Assembly: GCF_963921235.1 (NCBI RefSeq)
Contig: NC_086097.1
Location: 241,244,001 to 241,308,000, forward strand
Length of the DNA: 64,000 nt
Origin: Mobula hypostoma
Taxonomy: Eukaryota
Reading direction: 5' to 3'
Of this stretch, positions 10,958 to 24,073 are shown piece after piece. A program made the position numbers and the translations under genes. A model generated the notes under the pieces. The model was not told where the DNA came from, did not search any database, and saw only the letters and a list, made by a program, of their open reading frames with translations. Within the stretch, counting starts at the first letter, position 1. Each line of letters opens with the position of its first letter.

Positions 10958-11729
10958 ATACATGTACTTTGATAATAAACTTACTTCGCACTTTGAAAGC
11001 AGAAAGTCCACAGTATTTTCCCTTAATCAACAGTCCTCAGATGAAAGCAAGGCGCAACAGACACATCACTGTTACAGGTAGGAGAGTGATCTCAGCAGAA
11101 ACAATTTGAGGATCATGTACCACATGTGCCAGTGGGAATTGTATACTTGTTGCAGATGCATGGGTTTACCCTGATGCCTCTTCCTAGAGTATTACTTGTC
11201 CTTTGTCACAGAGTCGCCACAAATACGATCTTGCTGCCTTCAAAGGACTTATTTTTTGTTGAGAGTTAAGCAGTGTTTACATTCCGTGTGAGTGATCTTT
11301 AATGCCACGATGTTTTAAGTAGGTTTTTACAGGTAATTTACAAGGCTGCAGATCCCTCTACATATAATTGTCTTAAATCACAATTAGTAATCACTACTGT
11401 CAGCTTTCTTATTGTCCAGAAGATTAATCAGAACAACTATTTCTATTTGTTTATATTCTGTTATTCAATGCAGGAAGAATTGTCGCTCTCAGAATTACTG
11501 ATGCTGGCTTAATATCAGGGCAATGAATAAGTAACAGTACACTGTATTGCAACTTTTGTCTCCCATTGCCTTAAATGCAAAATTAATTTGAGTTTACCTT
11601 CCAACTTTAATGGTAGTATTTATATATTTTTGCATATTTTGTTCGATAGCCATACCTTTATCTGTAGCTTTATTTTTATGTAATTCTTTACACTTGAATT
11701 ATAGCATTTTTTTGGATTTAGAAATAAAA

Positions 11730-13975
11730 CATAAGAGATTAGACTATTTGGCCCATTGTGTTTGCTCCAATATTTAATCATGGCTGATCCATTTCCCTCT
11801 CAACCCCACTTTCCTGCCTTCTCTGTGTAAACACGACATGCCCTCCCGACTTATCAAGAACCTATCAAGCTCTGCTTTAAATACACCCAATGAGTTAGCC
11901 TCTACAACGACCAGTGGCAACAAATTCCACAGATTCAGCACCCTTTGGCCTCCTTCATTCTAAAGGGTCACCCCTGAATTCTGAGGTTGTGGAAAACATC
12001 TACTCTACATTCACTCTATCAGCATTCGATATATTTCAACGAGATCCTCCTCTTTCTTCTAAATTCCAGTAAGTACAGAATCAGAATCAGGTTTATTATC
12101 ACTGGCATGTGACGTGAAATTTGTTAACTTAGCAGCAGCAGTTCAATGCAATACTTAAAATAGAAGAGAGAAAAAAATAATAATAACAAATAAATCAATG
12201 AATCAATCAATTTGAGTACACATATATTGAATAGATTAAAAATGTGCAAAACCACAAATACTGTATATTGAAAAAAAGTGAGGTAGTGTCCAAAGATTCA
12301 ATGTCCATTTAGGAATCGGATGGCAGAGGGGAAGAAGCTGTTCCTGAATCACTGAGTGTGTGCCTTCAGGCTTCTGTATCTCCTCCCTGATGGTAACAGT
12401 GAGAAAAGGGCATGCCCTGGGTGCTGAAGGACCTTGATAATGGATGCTGTCTTTCTGAGATGTTCTGGGTACTTTGTAGGTTCGTACCCAGGATGGAGCT
12501 GACTAGATTTATAACCTTCTACAGCTTCCTTTGCTCCTATGCAGTAGCCCCTCCATACCAGACAGTGATGCAGCCTGTCAGAATGCGCTCCATTGTACAT
12601 CTATAGAAGTTTTTGAGTGTATTTGTTGACATGCCAAATCTCTTCAAACTCCTAATGAAGTATAGCCGCTGTCTTGCCTTCTTTATGACTACATCGATAT
12701 GTTGGGACCAGGTTAGATCCTCAGAGATTTTGACACCCAGGAACTTGAAACTGCTCACTCCCTCCACTTACTTCTGATCCCTCTATGAGGGTTGGTACAT
12801 ATTCCTTAGTCTTAACCTTCCTGGAGTCCACAATCAGCTCTTTCGTCTTACTGACGTTGAGTGCCAGGTTGTTGCTGCGACACCACTCCACTAGTTGGCA
12901 TATCTCACTCCTGTATGCCCTCTCATCACCACCTGAGATTCGACCAACAATGGTCATATCATCAGCAAATTTATAGATAGTATTTGAGGTATGCCTAGCC
13001 ACATAGTCATGTGTACATAGAGAGAGCAGAGCAGTGGGCTAAGCACACACCTCTGAGGTGCACCAGTGTTGATCGTCAGCGAGGAGGATATATTATCACC
13101 AATCCACACAGACTGTAGTCTTCCGGTTAGGAAGTTGAGGATCCAGTTACAGGAGGAGGTACAGAGGCCCAGGTTCTGCAACTCAGAGCCAGCAAACACT
13201 CCTCACATGATAAGCCTCCTTTGAATCCTTTCCAATGTCGGCACATCCTTTCTTAGAAGAGGCCCAAAACTGCTCACAATAATCCAAGTGAAGCCTCACC
13301 AGTGCTTTGTAAAACCTCCTTTTTTCATATATTCTCCCCAATTCCCTCAAAATGAATGCTAGCATTGCTCACCACTGACTCAACCCACATGTTAAACTTT
13401 AGGGAATCCTGCATGAAGATTTTGAATTTTCTCCCCGTTTAGAAAACGGTCCACGCTTTTATTCCTTCTATCAAAGTACATGACCATACACTTCCCTAAC
13501 CTGTTTTCCATTCGCCACTTCTTTGCCCATTCTCCTGATCTGTCCAAGTCCTTTGGCAGCCTCGGTGCTTCCTTAACACTACCCATCTTCATATCGTTTG
13601 CAAAGTTGGTCGCAGAGCCATCAATTCTGTCATCTAAATCACTGGTGTACAACGTAAAAAGAAGTGGTCCCACTCTTTGCCCCTTGGCAATCAGCCAATG
13701 CTCTATACATGCTAGTACCTTTCCTGTAATATCATGGGCTTGCATCTTGCCAAGCTGCCTCATGTGTGGTACCTTGTCAAAAGCCTTCTGAAAATCCAAA
13801 TACACAACATCCTCCAATTCTCCTGAGTCTATCCTGCTTGAAATTTCTTCAAGAGATTTGTCAGGCAAGATTTTCCCTTAAGTTAATCATGCTGACTACG
13901 GCCTAATCTATCATGTGTCCCCAAGTACCCTGAAACCTTATCCTTAAAAATTGAATCCAATGTCTTCCCAACAAC
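11730..13975 (-). mobile_element. Degenerate CR1 ORF2 and 3' end, split by a Rex1 insertion at 12076-13185
   Basis: DVVYLDFQKAFDKVPH, GPLLFTLY, FANDMK, YKALVRLHLDYCEQFW; frameshifts and deletions. Confidence 0.85.
12076..13185 (-). mobile_element. Rex1/Babar LINE RT and 3' end (frameshifted)
   Basis: [54 protein letters not shown]; (attctg)n tail. Confidence 0.9.
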
Positions 13976-15140
13976 TGGGAGTCCTTGTGCATGATTTCCT
14001 AAAGGTTTATTTTCACGTAACCTGTGGTAAGGAAAGCAAATACAATGTTAGCATTCATTTCGAGAAGAATAGAATGTAAAAGCAAAGAAGTAATGCTGAG
14101 GCTTTGTAAGGCATTAGTCAGACCACACTTGGGAGTATTGTGAGTGGTTTTCTGTCCCTTATTTAAGATGTGCTGGCCTTGAGGTGGGATCAGAAGAGGT
14201 TCGTGAGGATAATTCTGAGACTTAAAGTGCTAATGTATGAAGAGCGTTTCATGACCGTAGGTTTGTACTCACTTCAAAACGCAGCCTCAGAATAGAGGGA
14301 CATCCACTTATTGGGAGAAGGCAGGAGAGTGGGGTTGAGAGGGATAATAAATCAGTTAGGATGGAATGATGGAGCAAACTTGATGGACCAAATGGCCTAA
14401 CTCTGTTCCCACATTTCATGGTCTGATGGTTTCATGGTCTAGAACATAGAATATGAAACAGTACAGTACGGGAACAGGCCTTTTGGACCACAATGCTGTG
14501 CCGAACCAATTAATAAAAATCAAATTAACCTACAAAATGTCCATGTTCTTCCATTTTCTTTACACTCATCCACCTATCTAAATGTCCCAAATGTATCTTC
14601 CTCTACCACCACACGTGGCAACACATTCCAAGCACCTACCACTCTCTGTGTAAAAAAATAACTTTCCCCTCACATCTCCTTTGACTGTCCTCCCTCTCAC
14701 CTTGCGTACCCTCTGATATTAGAGATTACAACACCTGGGAAAAAGATACCGTGTCTACTTTATCTCGGCCTCTCATAACGTTATAAATCTCTATCAGATC
14801 TACCCTCAGCCTCCACTGCTCCAGAGAAAATAACCTAAGTCTGTCCATCCTCTCATTATGGGTCAGGCCATCTAATCCAGGCAGTATTCTGCTCACCCTC
14901 TTTGGCAGCATCTCCAAAGCCTCAACATCCTTCTTATGACCTTCTGGTCATCCTTGGTGACCAGAACTCTCTGCAATACTCCAGATGCAGCCAAACTAGA
15001 GCTTTATAAAGCTGCAACATTTCCTAATTTTTGAATTAATTGACTTGACTCATAAAGACAAGCATGCCATACGTTTACTTAACCAGCTTACCAACCTGTG
15101 TAGTACAAACTTGGATCCCAAGATCTCTCTGCTCAACAAC
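13976..15140. mobile_element. Two tail-to-tail CR1 3' fragments (+ 13976-14440, - 14440-15140)
   Basis: LVRPHL-type region and catggtct tail on +; LFSLEQWRLRVDLIEIY on -. Confidence 0.7.
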
Positions 15141-15914
15141 ACTATTAAGGGTCTTGCCTTAATAATTGTTGAACTTCAACTTTTTAAATTGAATGTTGTT
15201 TTTTCTCTCTTTGCATGCCACACCAACAAATCACAGCAAATTCCTAATACATGTAAGACCATAATTAAATGTAAATAGTGAACAAAGTTGATCCTTGATC
15301 TTTGAAAAGCACTGGAAGTTTCAGAGCAAAATTATTTTTGGCTTTACTGTTCCCATTGAAGGGAATTCATCCAGGTATCTACTTCATCTTTAAAGCAAGT
15401 AGTTAAACTTTGAACACCTCAGTTACATAAAGCATATTAAATTTCCCAATTTAAACTGTATGTCAGTGTTTTCAAAATGCTTTTAACTTTTTAGTCTCTT
15501 ACATTGCCATAGTGATCACTAACCTGGGATCCTGAGTGTAACCATAACTCACTGAATCAACTTTAAAATGTGCACCATTCTTTTTTTGTTAATAAAGTAA
15601 GGCTTATAATTGTGTCTGAATTTTTTGAAAGTGCTGACAGACCAGTCTGCCAAATTCCTGAAATATTACTTTGGTACCGCCTCCATTTGTACCTCAGACC
15701 TGACTTAATCGCAATAGAGCTCTTAAGAATAATATTAAATTATTGCTTAGAATGATTTACGTGTGATTTAGTACACTGTGCTCTTCTATAACAGCAACTC
15801 ATATTAATACAAAGGCACATGCTCTATATATTTGAATCCAGCACATTATAAACCATTTTTATACTCTGATAGAGTAAATACTTAGTTAACTTTAGTATGA
15901 TATGTTATTTATCT

Positions 15915-16297
15915 TATCTTACTGCCCATTACGCCGCTGGCATTAGATTAGATTAGATTTAGGGCAACAATGAAGTTCCTCTACCTCTGTCTGCCCTTGG
16001 CCATCTTCTTGGTTGTGCCCCAGGTGTGGCTTAGGGTCCGAGGTCGTTCTTCATTGCTGTTTCTGTAAATATTTTTTCTGACCAGTCTGGGGTTGTTAGT
16101 CTTGAACTGAACCCCCAAAACTGGAAGACCATTGGACCACACTTAGCCTGGCCTCTGCCCTTTGACCAGTTTGGCATGGGTGACCCTACCAGGAGGCGAA
16201 GCACAAGGCCCTGACTCCAGCCAACACAGCTCTCCAGGTCATTAAGGCACGCAGGCCTCCAAACCCAATGACAAGGTTGTGGTCCTCTTGGAGGATG
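15915..16297 (-). mobile_element. Bipartite non-autonomous RTE element (5' UTR joined to 3' end)
   Basis: 5' ggaccacaaccttgtc...gtagggtcacccatgcc...gtggtcca resembles BovB/Expander 5' ends; 3' end ...gccagcggcgtaatgggcagtaag. Confidence 0.65.
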
Positions 16298-16766
16298 TTA
16301 TTTATATTTGTTGTGGAAACTATTTGGAATTTGCTGCTTGGATACTAAAAAATTGGCTGGTAATAAAATAGAGAAAGCCTCAGAACATAGCTTCTGCTGT
16401 AGCCCCGAACTCAATTATTACTCAACCATGTATTCTCCCTGTATTGAAATCAAGATCAAACTCCAGTTCATTCTTTTCCCAATTGAGACAGGTTAAAGTG
16501 TGACGTGTGAATGACTGAACAGTGTAATGTTTCAGCTAACCAAAGTCGGTGCTCAAAATAAAGAGGTCCTTAGTGCTTTCTTAGTTTTCACAATTCAGAA
16601 GCAATTTAAATTGCCTCTTTCCTTTAATATTCCAATAAGTATATTGTGTGCATCCTGCACTATCTGTCGTATAATCTCACATTTCCTAAATGTGCAGGTT
16701 TTCTTTAAAGATGAGCTTTATTTGTCACATGTATGTTTAAACATACAGTGAAATACAGTGAGAAGA

Positions 16767-17420
16767 GGAGGAGAAGATGGCGGCGCGAGGGCAGCACCCG
16801 CGACCTCTCTGGTGATGAATATCTGTTATCTGTCAAGTAGGGTTCCGTGCACGATCCTGATTTGATGGAGACAGACGTGAGAGTACGGAGGAACATCTGG
16901 AAAACTTCTGAAATGCCCTCTTCACTGCCGCTGCTACTGTGTGGTAACTGGAATCTCCGGAGCAGAAGGCCCCGAAATCCTCGGCTTTGCATGTTTCAGC
17001 AGCTGGGGCGAGGTCAAAGGCGCTCGGCAGAGGATGGCGCTCGGGAGGCTGTATCAGAGCGGCTGGTCGGAGGCTCGAAGTTTTCGAATGGATGGACTCA
17101 GTGTCGGCTGTGGTCGGCTGCTTCCAAGGCATCGGCAAGTTGATGGTGCCTGGAGGTTTATGGCAGGGAGTTTCTCCCTTTTGCCGCCTGCTATCGGGGA
17201 CTCGGGGACTTTGAGACTATTTTTACCGTGCCCATGGTTTGTTCTTCATCAAATTATGGTATTGCTTTGCACTGCTGTAACTATATGTTGTAATTACGTG
17301 CTTCTGTCAGTGTTAGTCTTTGGTTTGTCCTGTTTTCTGAGAAACATTGTATAATTTCTTAATGCATGTATGCATTTCCAAATGACAATAAAAGAGGACT
17401 GAATGTTCTCATAATCTTAA
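16767..17420 (+). mobile_element. Family B non-autonomous element (about 650 bp)
   Basis: Starts ggaggagaagatggcggc, ends atgacaataaaagaggactg..ctcataatct; splits an older SINE. Confidence 0.85.
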
Positions 17421-18044
17421 AAAAAATGCGTGGTTTGCATTAAATCAAATCAGCGAGGGAACTGGAACACTTGGAGGAAGCCCACGTGGTCACGGGAAGA
17501 ACGTGCAAATTCCTTAAAGACAGCAGCGGGAATTGAACCCCAATATTACAGCTGCTACTGTAATAATGTTATTCTAACCACTATGCTACCATGACTTCCA
17601 TTCATTCTTATATCTAATTCATTCTTCCCATGACCTCCAAACCAACATTTCCTACTTAAGTGCCGTAACTTGCAACATACAAGTTTGTAGTTTTTTTATT
17701 TGATTTAAATTTAGATTTACTTGAATTTATTCATCACATGTATATCGAAACATACAGTGAAACATTTCATTTGCGTTAACAGCGAGCACATGCGAGGATG
17801 CAATGGGGATGCCGACACACATCCCAGCGCCAACGTAGCAGGTCTGGCACGCTCAGCAGGACAGCGCAGAACTCAATGAGCAACAAAGCAACAATGCAAA
17901 ACAAGCCTCGTTCTTCTCTCCCCCACCTTCCACCCATGCACATACACAGTCTTCTAACCCAAGGCAGGCTGTCTTCACCCTCCAGCCTCCAGCGAACTCA
18001 TGGATTTACAGACACTGGTCCCCGATTTCTCCAGCGGAGGAAGT

Positions 18045-18360
18045 GGTCATTTCCAGCAAAGGCAACAGATATTGTCTAGCATTAATTGCATCTGAATTGA
18101 GGAGGCAGATAAGTGACAATCACATCTGTGAGCCTGAACTCACACGAAGACTAGATCAGGCAAGAACAGTACAATTGCTCCCGTAAAAAACATTAATGAA
18201 CCTGATGGGTTAGTAAAACAATCACAAACTTCATTACTGAAGTCAGCTTGCTTGTCAAATTCCGGATTTATTTAATTATTTGAATCCTTTTGCCCCAGTT
18301 GCTATGCTGGATTTGAACTCACATCCCAAGGCCAATGATGCTGAAGTCTGGTCGGAAGTC
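18045..18360 (-). mobile_element. Old tRNA-derived SINE remnant
   Basis: B-box-like ggatttgaactc; cattaatgaacctgatggg core recalled from elasmobranch SINEs; highly diverged. Confidence 0.4.
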
Positions 18361-18373
18361 GAGTAGCACAAAA

Positions 18374-19537
18374 ATAGAACATAGAACATAGAATAGTACA
18401 GCACAGTACAGGTCCTTCGGCCCACAATGTTGTGCCGACCCTCAAACTCTGCTTCCCATATAAGCCCCCACCTTAGATTCCTCCATATACCTGTCTAGTA
18501 GTCTCTTAAACTTCACTAGTGTATCTGCCTCCACCACTGACTCAGGCAGTGCATTCCACGCACCAACCACTCTCTGAGTAAAAAAACCTTCCTCTAATAT
18601 CCCCCTTGAACTTCCCACCCCTTACCTTAAAGCCATGTCCTCTTGTACTGAGCAGTGGTGCCCTGGGGAAGAGGCGCTGGCTATCCACTCTATCTATTCC
18701 TCTTATTATCTTGTACACCTCTATCATGTCTCCTCTCATCCTCCTTCTCTCCAAAGAGTAAAGCCCTAGCTCCCTTAATCTCTGATCATAATGCATACTT
18801 TCTAAACCAGGCAGTTTCCTGGTAAATCTCCTCTGTACCCTTTCCAATGCTTCCACATCCTTCCTATAGTGAGGTGACCAGAACTGGACACAGTACTCCA
18901 GTTGTGGCCTAACCAGAGTTTTATAGAGCTGCATCAATACATTGCGACTCTTAAACTCTATCCCTCGACTTATGAAAGCTAACACCCCATAAGCTTTCTT
19001 AACTACCCTATCCACCTGTGAGGCAACTTTCAGGGATCTGTGGACATGTACCCCAAGATCCCTCTGCTCCTCCACACTACCAAGTATCCTGCCATTTACT
19101 TTGTACTCTGCCTTGGAGTTTGTCCTTCCAAAGTGTACCACCTCACACTTCTCCGGGTTGAACTCCATCTGCCACTTCTCAACCCACTTCTGCATCCTAT
19201 CAATGTCTCTCTGCAATCTTTGACAATCCTCTACACTATCTACAACACCACCAACCTTTGTGTCGTCTGCAAACTTGCCAACCCACCCTTCTACCCCCAC
19301 ATCCAGGTCATTAATAAAAATCACGAAAAGTAGAGGTCCCAGAACAGATCCTTGTGGGACACCACTAGTCACAACCCTCCAATCTGAATGTACTCCTTCC
19401 ACCACCACCCTCTGCCTTCTGCAGGCAAGCTAATTCTGAATCCACCTGGCCAAACTTCCCTGGATCCCATGCCTTCTAACTTTCTGAATAAGCCTATCGT
19501 GTGGAACCTTATCAAATGCCTTACTAAAATCCATATA
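18374..19537 (-). mobile_element. Young 5'-truncated CR1 LINE with RT domain
   Basis: 288-aa ORF 18542-19408 with GVPQGSVLGPLLF, KFADDTK and YKTLVRPQLEYCVQFWSP; (ttctatg)n tail. Confidence 0.95.
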
Positions 19538-20117
19538 GATTTTATAGATTTTAAAATCCATATAACTTCCATACTAGCCTACCGCGCCCCCCCCCGCACC
19601 ATAGTCCTGAGTTAGTCACCGCCTAAAAAGTGTACTTGCGGAAAACCAATATCCCTTTCCCTCCGCTTTCTTCCTCAGTCATATTCAGTACTTCACACCT
19701 TTCCTTTGAAATTTTAACAATGGTATTAAGGGTCTCTTAGAAATTGAAAATTGAAAATGCTGCAGCAATGTTCACCAAATGGAGAAAGCTTACTGTTAAT
19801 TACATTCTGAAGTTCTGTATTTTCCTGCATGTGTAATATTTCTGGATTGAAAGCAAGCCATCCTTGATCCCCAGGAACTGTCAAAGAAGAAAAGAATATT
19901 TCAACATGATATAAGGCTTTTCTGTTGAACATAAATGATTCACATTTATTAGACTGCAATGTCAGAAATTTTAATATGTATTTCTAAAATAGCAAAGCGG
20001 TGAACACCAGAAAATATACAATTTAACTAACATGTTTGGAAAAAGGAAGCAAGATTTTCCATTGCGCGGGCGAGCATGTAACCGGAGGACTTAAGTTCTT
20101 GGTAACTACTGATGAAG

Positions 20118-20566
20118 TGAAGGAGCAATACCTCATATTCCAACTGGGTGGCCTCCAACCTGATGGAATGAACATCAATTTCTCCAGCTTCCAGTAATTT
20201 CTCCCCCCTCCTCTTCTCTCTTTCTTCATTACCCATTCTGGTTCCCCTCCACCTCTTCTCTTCTCCTGACTTGCCTATCACCTCCCTCTGGTGATCTCCT
20301 CCTTCCCTTTCTTGCCTTGTCCATTTTCCTCTCCTGTCAGGTTTGTTCCTGTCAGCCCTTTACCTCTTCCACCTATCACCTCCCAGCTTCTTACTTTGTT
20401 CTCTTCTTCCTCATCCACCCACCTATCATCTACCAACTTGTACTCCCTCCAGTGCCCCCACCTTCTTATTCTGACTTTCCAGTCCTGGCGAAGGGTCTCG
20501 GCCCAAAATGTTGACTCTTTATTCCCTTCATAGATGCTGCCTGGCTTACTGAATTCCTCCAGCATT
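20118..20566 (+). mobile_element. Degenerate PLE 3' end with mutated hammerhead
   Basis: EQYLIFQLGGLQPDGMNINF; agtcctggcgaagggtctcggcccaaaatgttgact at 20481-20516. Confidence 0.8.
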
Positions 20567-20817
20567 ATTTATTTAGAGATACAGCACAGTAACAGGCTCT
20601 TCCGGCCCAACAAACCCGCGATGCCCAATTGCACACGTGACCAATTCACCTACTAATCTGTATGTCTCTGGAGTGTAGGGTGAAGCTGGAGTACTCAGAG
20701 GAAACCCACGCAGTCAAGGAAAAAACTTACAAACTCCTTACAGGTAGCGGTGGAATTGAACCTGGGCTGCTTGAGTTGCAATAGTGTTCTACTAATTGCT
20801 AACATAACATGACACCC
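20567..20817 (-). mobile_element. HE1/V-SINE-like SINE with CR1-type tail
   Basis: tttatttagagatacagcac tail, gaggaaacccacgcagtca V-domain, ggaattgaacc B box; similar copies near 25190-25430 and 38780-38980. Confidence 0.65.
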
Positions 20818-20869
20818 TCAATTTTGTTTGTTTCCTGAAGGAGAGTGTTTTTACATTCAGTAAATTCAG

Positions 20870-21310
20870 GTGGACTCACCTTACACCGCACGCTGTTGGA
20901 GCAGTGCTGCCAGGATAATCAAGGACACGACCCACCCAGCCAACACACTTTTCGTCCCTCTTCCCTCCGGGAGAAGGCTCAGGAGCTTGAAGACTCATAG
21001 GGCCAGATTTGGGAACAGCTTCTTTCCAACTGTGATAAGACTGCTGAACGGATCCTGACCCGGATCTGGGCCGTACCCTCCAAATATCCGGACCTGCCTC
21101 TCGGTTTTTTGCACTACCTTACTTCCCATTTTTCTATTTTCTATTCATGATTTATAATTTAAATTTTTAATATTTACTAAATTTAACTATTTTTAATATT
21201 TTTAATATTTAATATATCCAGGGAGTGTGAAGCACAGAATCAAATATCGCTGTGATGATTGTACGTTCTAGTACCAATTGTTTGGCGACAATAAAGTATA
21301 AAGTATAAAG
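20870..21310 (+). mobile_element. Young Rex1/Babar 3' end
   Basis: IIKDTTHPANTLFVPLPSGRRLRSLK..NSFFPTVIRLLN; (taaagta)n tail; same tail reversed at 8345-8525. Confidence 0.85.
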
Positions 21311-22104
21311 TAATGAGTTATATTTGCGAATGCACAGAAAGGGTGCAAAAGAAGCAGATTTTATATCATAATTCAAAATAGAAATGGATAACTGTCTTGA
21401 AACCGAATAACATTCAGGATGGTGGGAAAAGAATGGAGGTGGGGAGTGCAACTATTTGTACAACCCTTTCAAACAAGCTGATACAAACACAATACACTTG
21501 TGCATTCTCTTGGGCTCAACGACTCTCAGCCAAGAAAAGTATGGAACAAATGAGAAAGATTTCCATTATTTGTTATATATGGAAAAAATATTAATTTGCG
21601 CACAAAGAATGCATTTAGAGATTTCACTATTACTAGGAAATAGCAAAAATCTACACCTAGAGAGACTGAACGAACTTGCATTCATAGTGATCCAAGTCTA
21701 CCAGAACTCTACCACACAGCTGTGTATTCCTTTGAGGGCCTCCCAACCCAAATCTACAGCATTAAAGCACTGATATGTTAGGTGAAATTTTTCATTGCTC
21801 AATAAATATTGATTTTATAAGTTGCATAGCAACAATTACAGAAGAAAAAGGTTGTCGTTGGAGACCTGGGGATCCAATTTTCTAGGCAGATGTTATTAGT
21901 ACAGGCTGAGATCTGAGCCAATTGACAATATCAGGGTCAGATTAAGAATTTTTGGGGTCTTGTACATGCAGAATGCTTAGAGCTAATCTCCCACATACAC
22001 TATAAACATCCCCAATCAATTAAAACACCAGTATTCAGTATATGATGAAATAACACCCAAATATTTTCATTTTTCATTGTTAGTAGGGCTAATTGTATTA
22101 CCAA

Positions 22105-22600
22105 ATGCAATGACTACGTACAGCTGCACACCTGCTGGTTAATGCAAATTTCGAATCAGCCAATCATTTGGCAGCAACTCATGCATAAAAGCATGCAGAC
22201 ACGGTCAAGAGGTTCAGTTATTGTTCAGACCAGACATCAGAATGGAGAAGAAATGCCATCTCAGTGACTTTGACTGTGAAATGATAGTTGGTGCCAGATG
22301 GAGTGTTTTAAGTATCTCTGAAACGGTTGACCTCCTGGGATTTTCACGCACAACAGTCTCTAGAGTTTACAGAAAAACAAAAAAAAAAAATCCATTGAGC
22401 GGTAGTTCTATGGACAAAAACACCTTGTTAATGAGAGAGGTCAGAGGAAAATAGCCAGGCTGATTCATGTCAACAGTAACTCAAATAAGTAGTAATGTGC
22501 AGGAGAGCATCTCTGAATGCAAAATATGTCGAACTTTGAAATGGGCCACAGCAGTAGAAGTGGTTGGTGTGTCACATAAAGCTGTGGTCACTGAGTATAA
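22105..22600 (+). mobile_element. Internally deleted Tc1/mariner transposon
   Basis: Transposase N-terminal HTH LSDFDCEMIVGAR..SISETVDLLGFSRTTVSRVY; right end gtggtcactgagtata. Confidence 0.8.
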
Positions 22601-23446
22601 AGTAATATGTTAAATAAAGAAACTGCTAATACTAGATTTTATTATCTAGATTCTATTATCTTGCAACAGTTCTCTGCTATCATAATCAAGTTATAATTAA
22701 TTATATAAACTCCAAACCAATGAATATTTCAAGTGCAGTATTATTTCAGCATGACTCTCCTTTGGAATCCTTTCATTTGTAGAAGACAACAGATATTTTA
22801 ATCTTCGGCACAAGAAAGCTGGCGATACCTGGAACTGTTTTCTTTCAGGAACATTGGTTCCCTGCTGCACAATGACATCATTCATTTCAGTCATTTTCTA
22901 GAATTTTCTATCATATCGAATCAGGTTTGTTATCACTTACGTATGTCGTGAAATTTGTTGTTGGGCGGCAACAGTACTATAAGTTACGATAAGAACTTGA
23001 TATATGAAAAGATAATAGTGAAAACAGAGAGCAAAAGTAGAGAGGAGTTTTTCATGATTGTTCAGATTGTTCGGCGGGGGGGAAAGAAACTGTTTCTAAA
23101 ATATAAGTGTGTGTTGACAGGCTCCTGCCTTCCTCCCTGATGGTAGCGATGCGCAGAGAGCATGGCCTGGGTGACGGGGGTCTTAATGACTGTTGCTGCC
23201 TTTTTGAGGCATTGGCTTTAAACTAGTCCCTAAGATGCATCGGGCTGAGTTTACAGCCCTCCGCGGCATTATTCCGATTTTGTGCAATGGTCCATTTTGC
23301 ACTATTTGTATTTTTATATAATGCAGCTTATAGTAATTTTTTTATGTCTTGTACTGTACTTCTGCCACAAAGCAACAAATTTTGTGACTTGTGTCAGTGA
23401 TAATACACCTGATTTTGACTCTGGCTGTTTTCACATCTCATCAGCC

Positions 23447-24073
23447 TTTTTTTTAGATTATGAGAACACGCAGTGCTCTTTTATTGTCATTTAGTAATGC
23501 ATGCATTAAGAAATGATACAATATTCCTCCGGTGTGATATCACAGAAACACAGGACAGACCAAGACTGAAAAACTAACAAAACCACATAATTATAACATA
23601 TAGTTACAACAGTGCAACAATACCATAACTTGATGAAGAACAGGCCACAGGCACAGTAAAAAAAGTTCAAAGTCTCTCGAATGTCCCACATCTCACGCAG
23701 ACGGGAGAAGGAAGAAAACTCTCCCTGCCATGCCCAACCACAGTCCGGCTCTGAGTCGTCCGAAAACTTCGAGCCTCCGATCAGCCCTCTGACACCGAGT
23801 ACTGAGCACCATCTCTATCTGAACGCTTCAACCTCAGCCTTGGTCGCCAGGTACAGGCAAAGCCGGGGATTTTGGGGCCTTCCCTCCAGAGATTCTCGAT
23901 CGCACAGTAGCAGCGGCAGCGAAACCAGGCATTTCAGAATTTCTCCAGATGTTGCTCTGCTTCTCACGTCTGTCTCCATCAAATCAGAATTGTCCATGGC
24001 CCCTATTTAACAGATATGATATCATTTCACCGGAGAGCTGTGCGCGCTGCGTCGCGCTGCCATCTTCTCCTCC
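23447..24073 (-). mobile_element. Family B non-autonomous element
   Basis: Reverse-complement homolog of 16767-17420. Confidence 0.85.

Larger units (their letters stand above)
9620..10995 (+). mobile_element. Rex1/Babar 3' fragment carrying two PLE-derived insertions
   Basis: KKAHQRLYFLRSLQRF..TNFYRCVVESIL (DUF1891-type), RFRNSYYPSTIRLLN; tail gataataaac. Confidence 0.8.

Noticed and set aside
15915..16297. HDV-like ribozyme in RTE-type 5' ends (also 35475 and 53044)
   Set aside because: Known for some RTE elements, but I could not fold a nested double pseudoknot by eye; needs a descriptor search
18542..19408. Functional reverse transcriptase gene
   Set aside because: 5'-truncated CR1 lacking promoter, endonuclease and N-terminal RT motifs in frame
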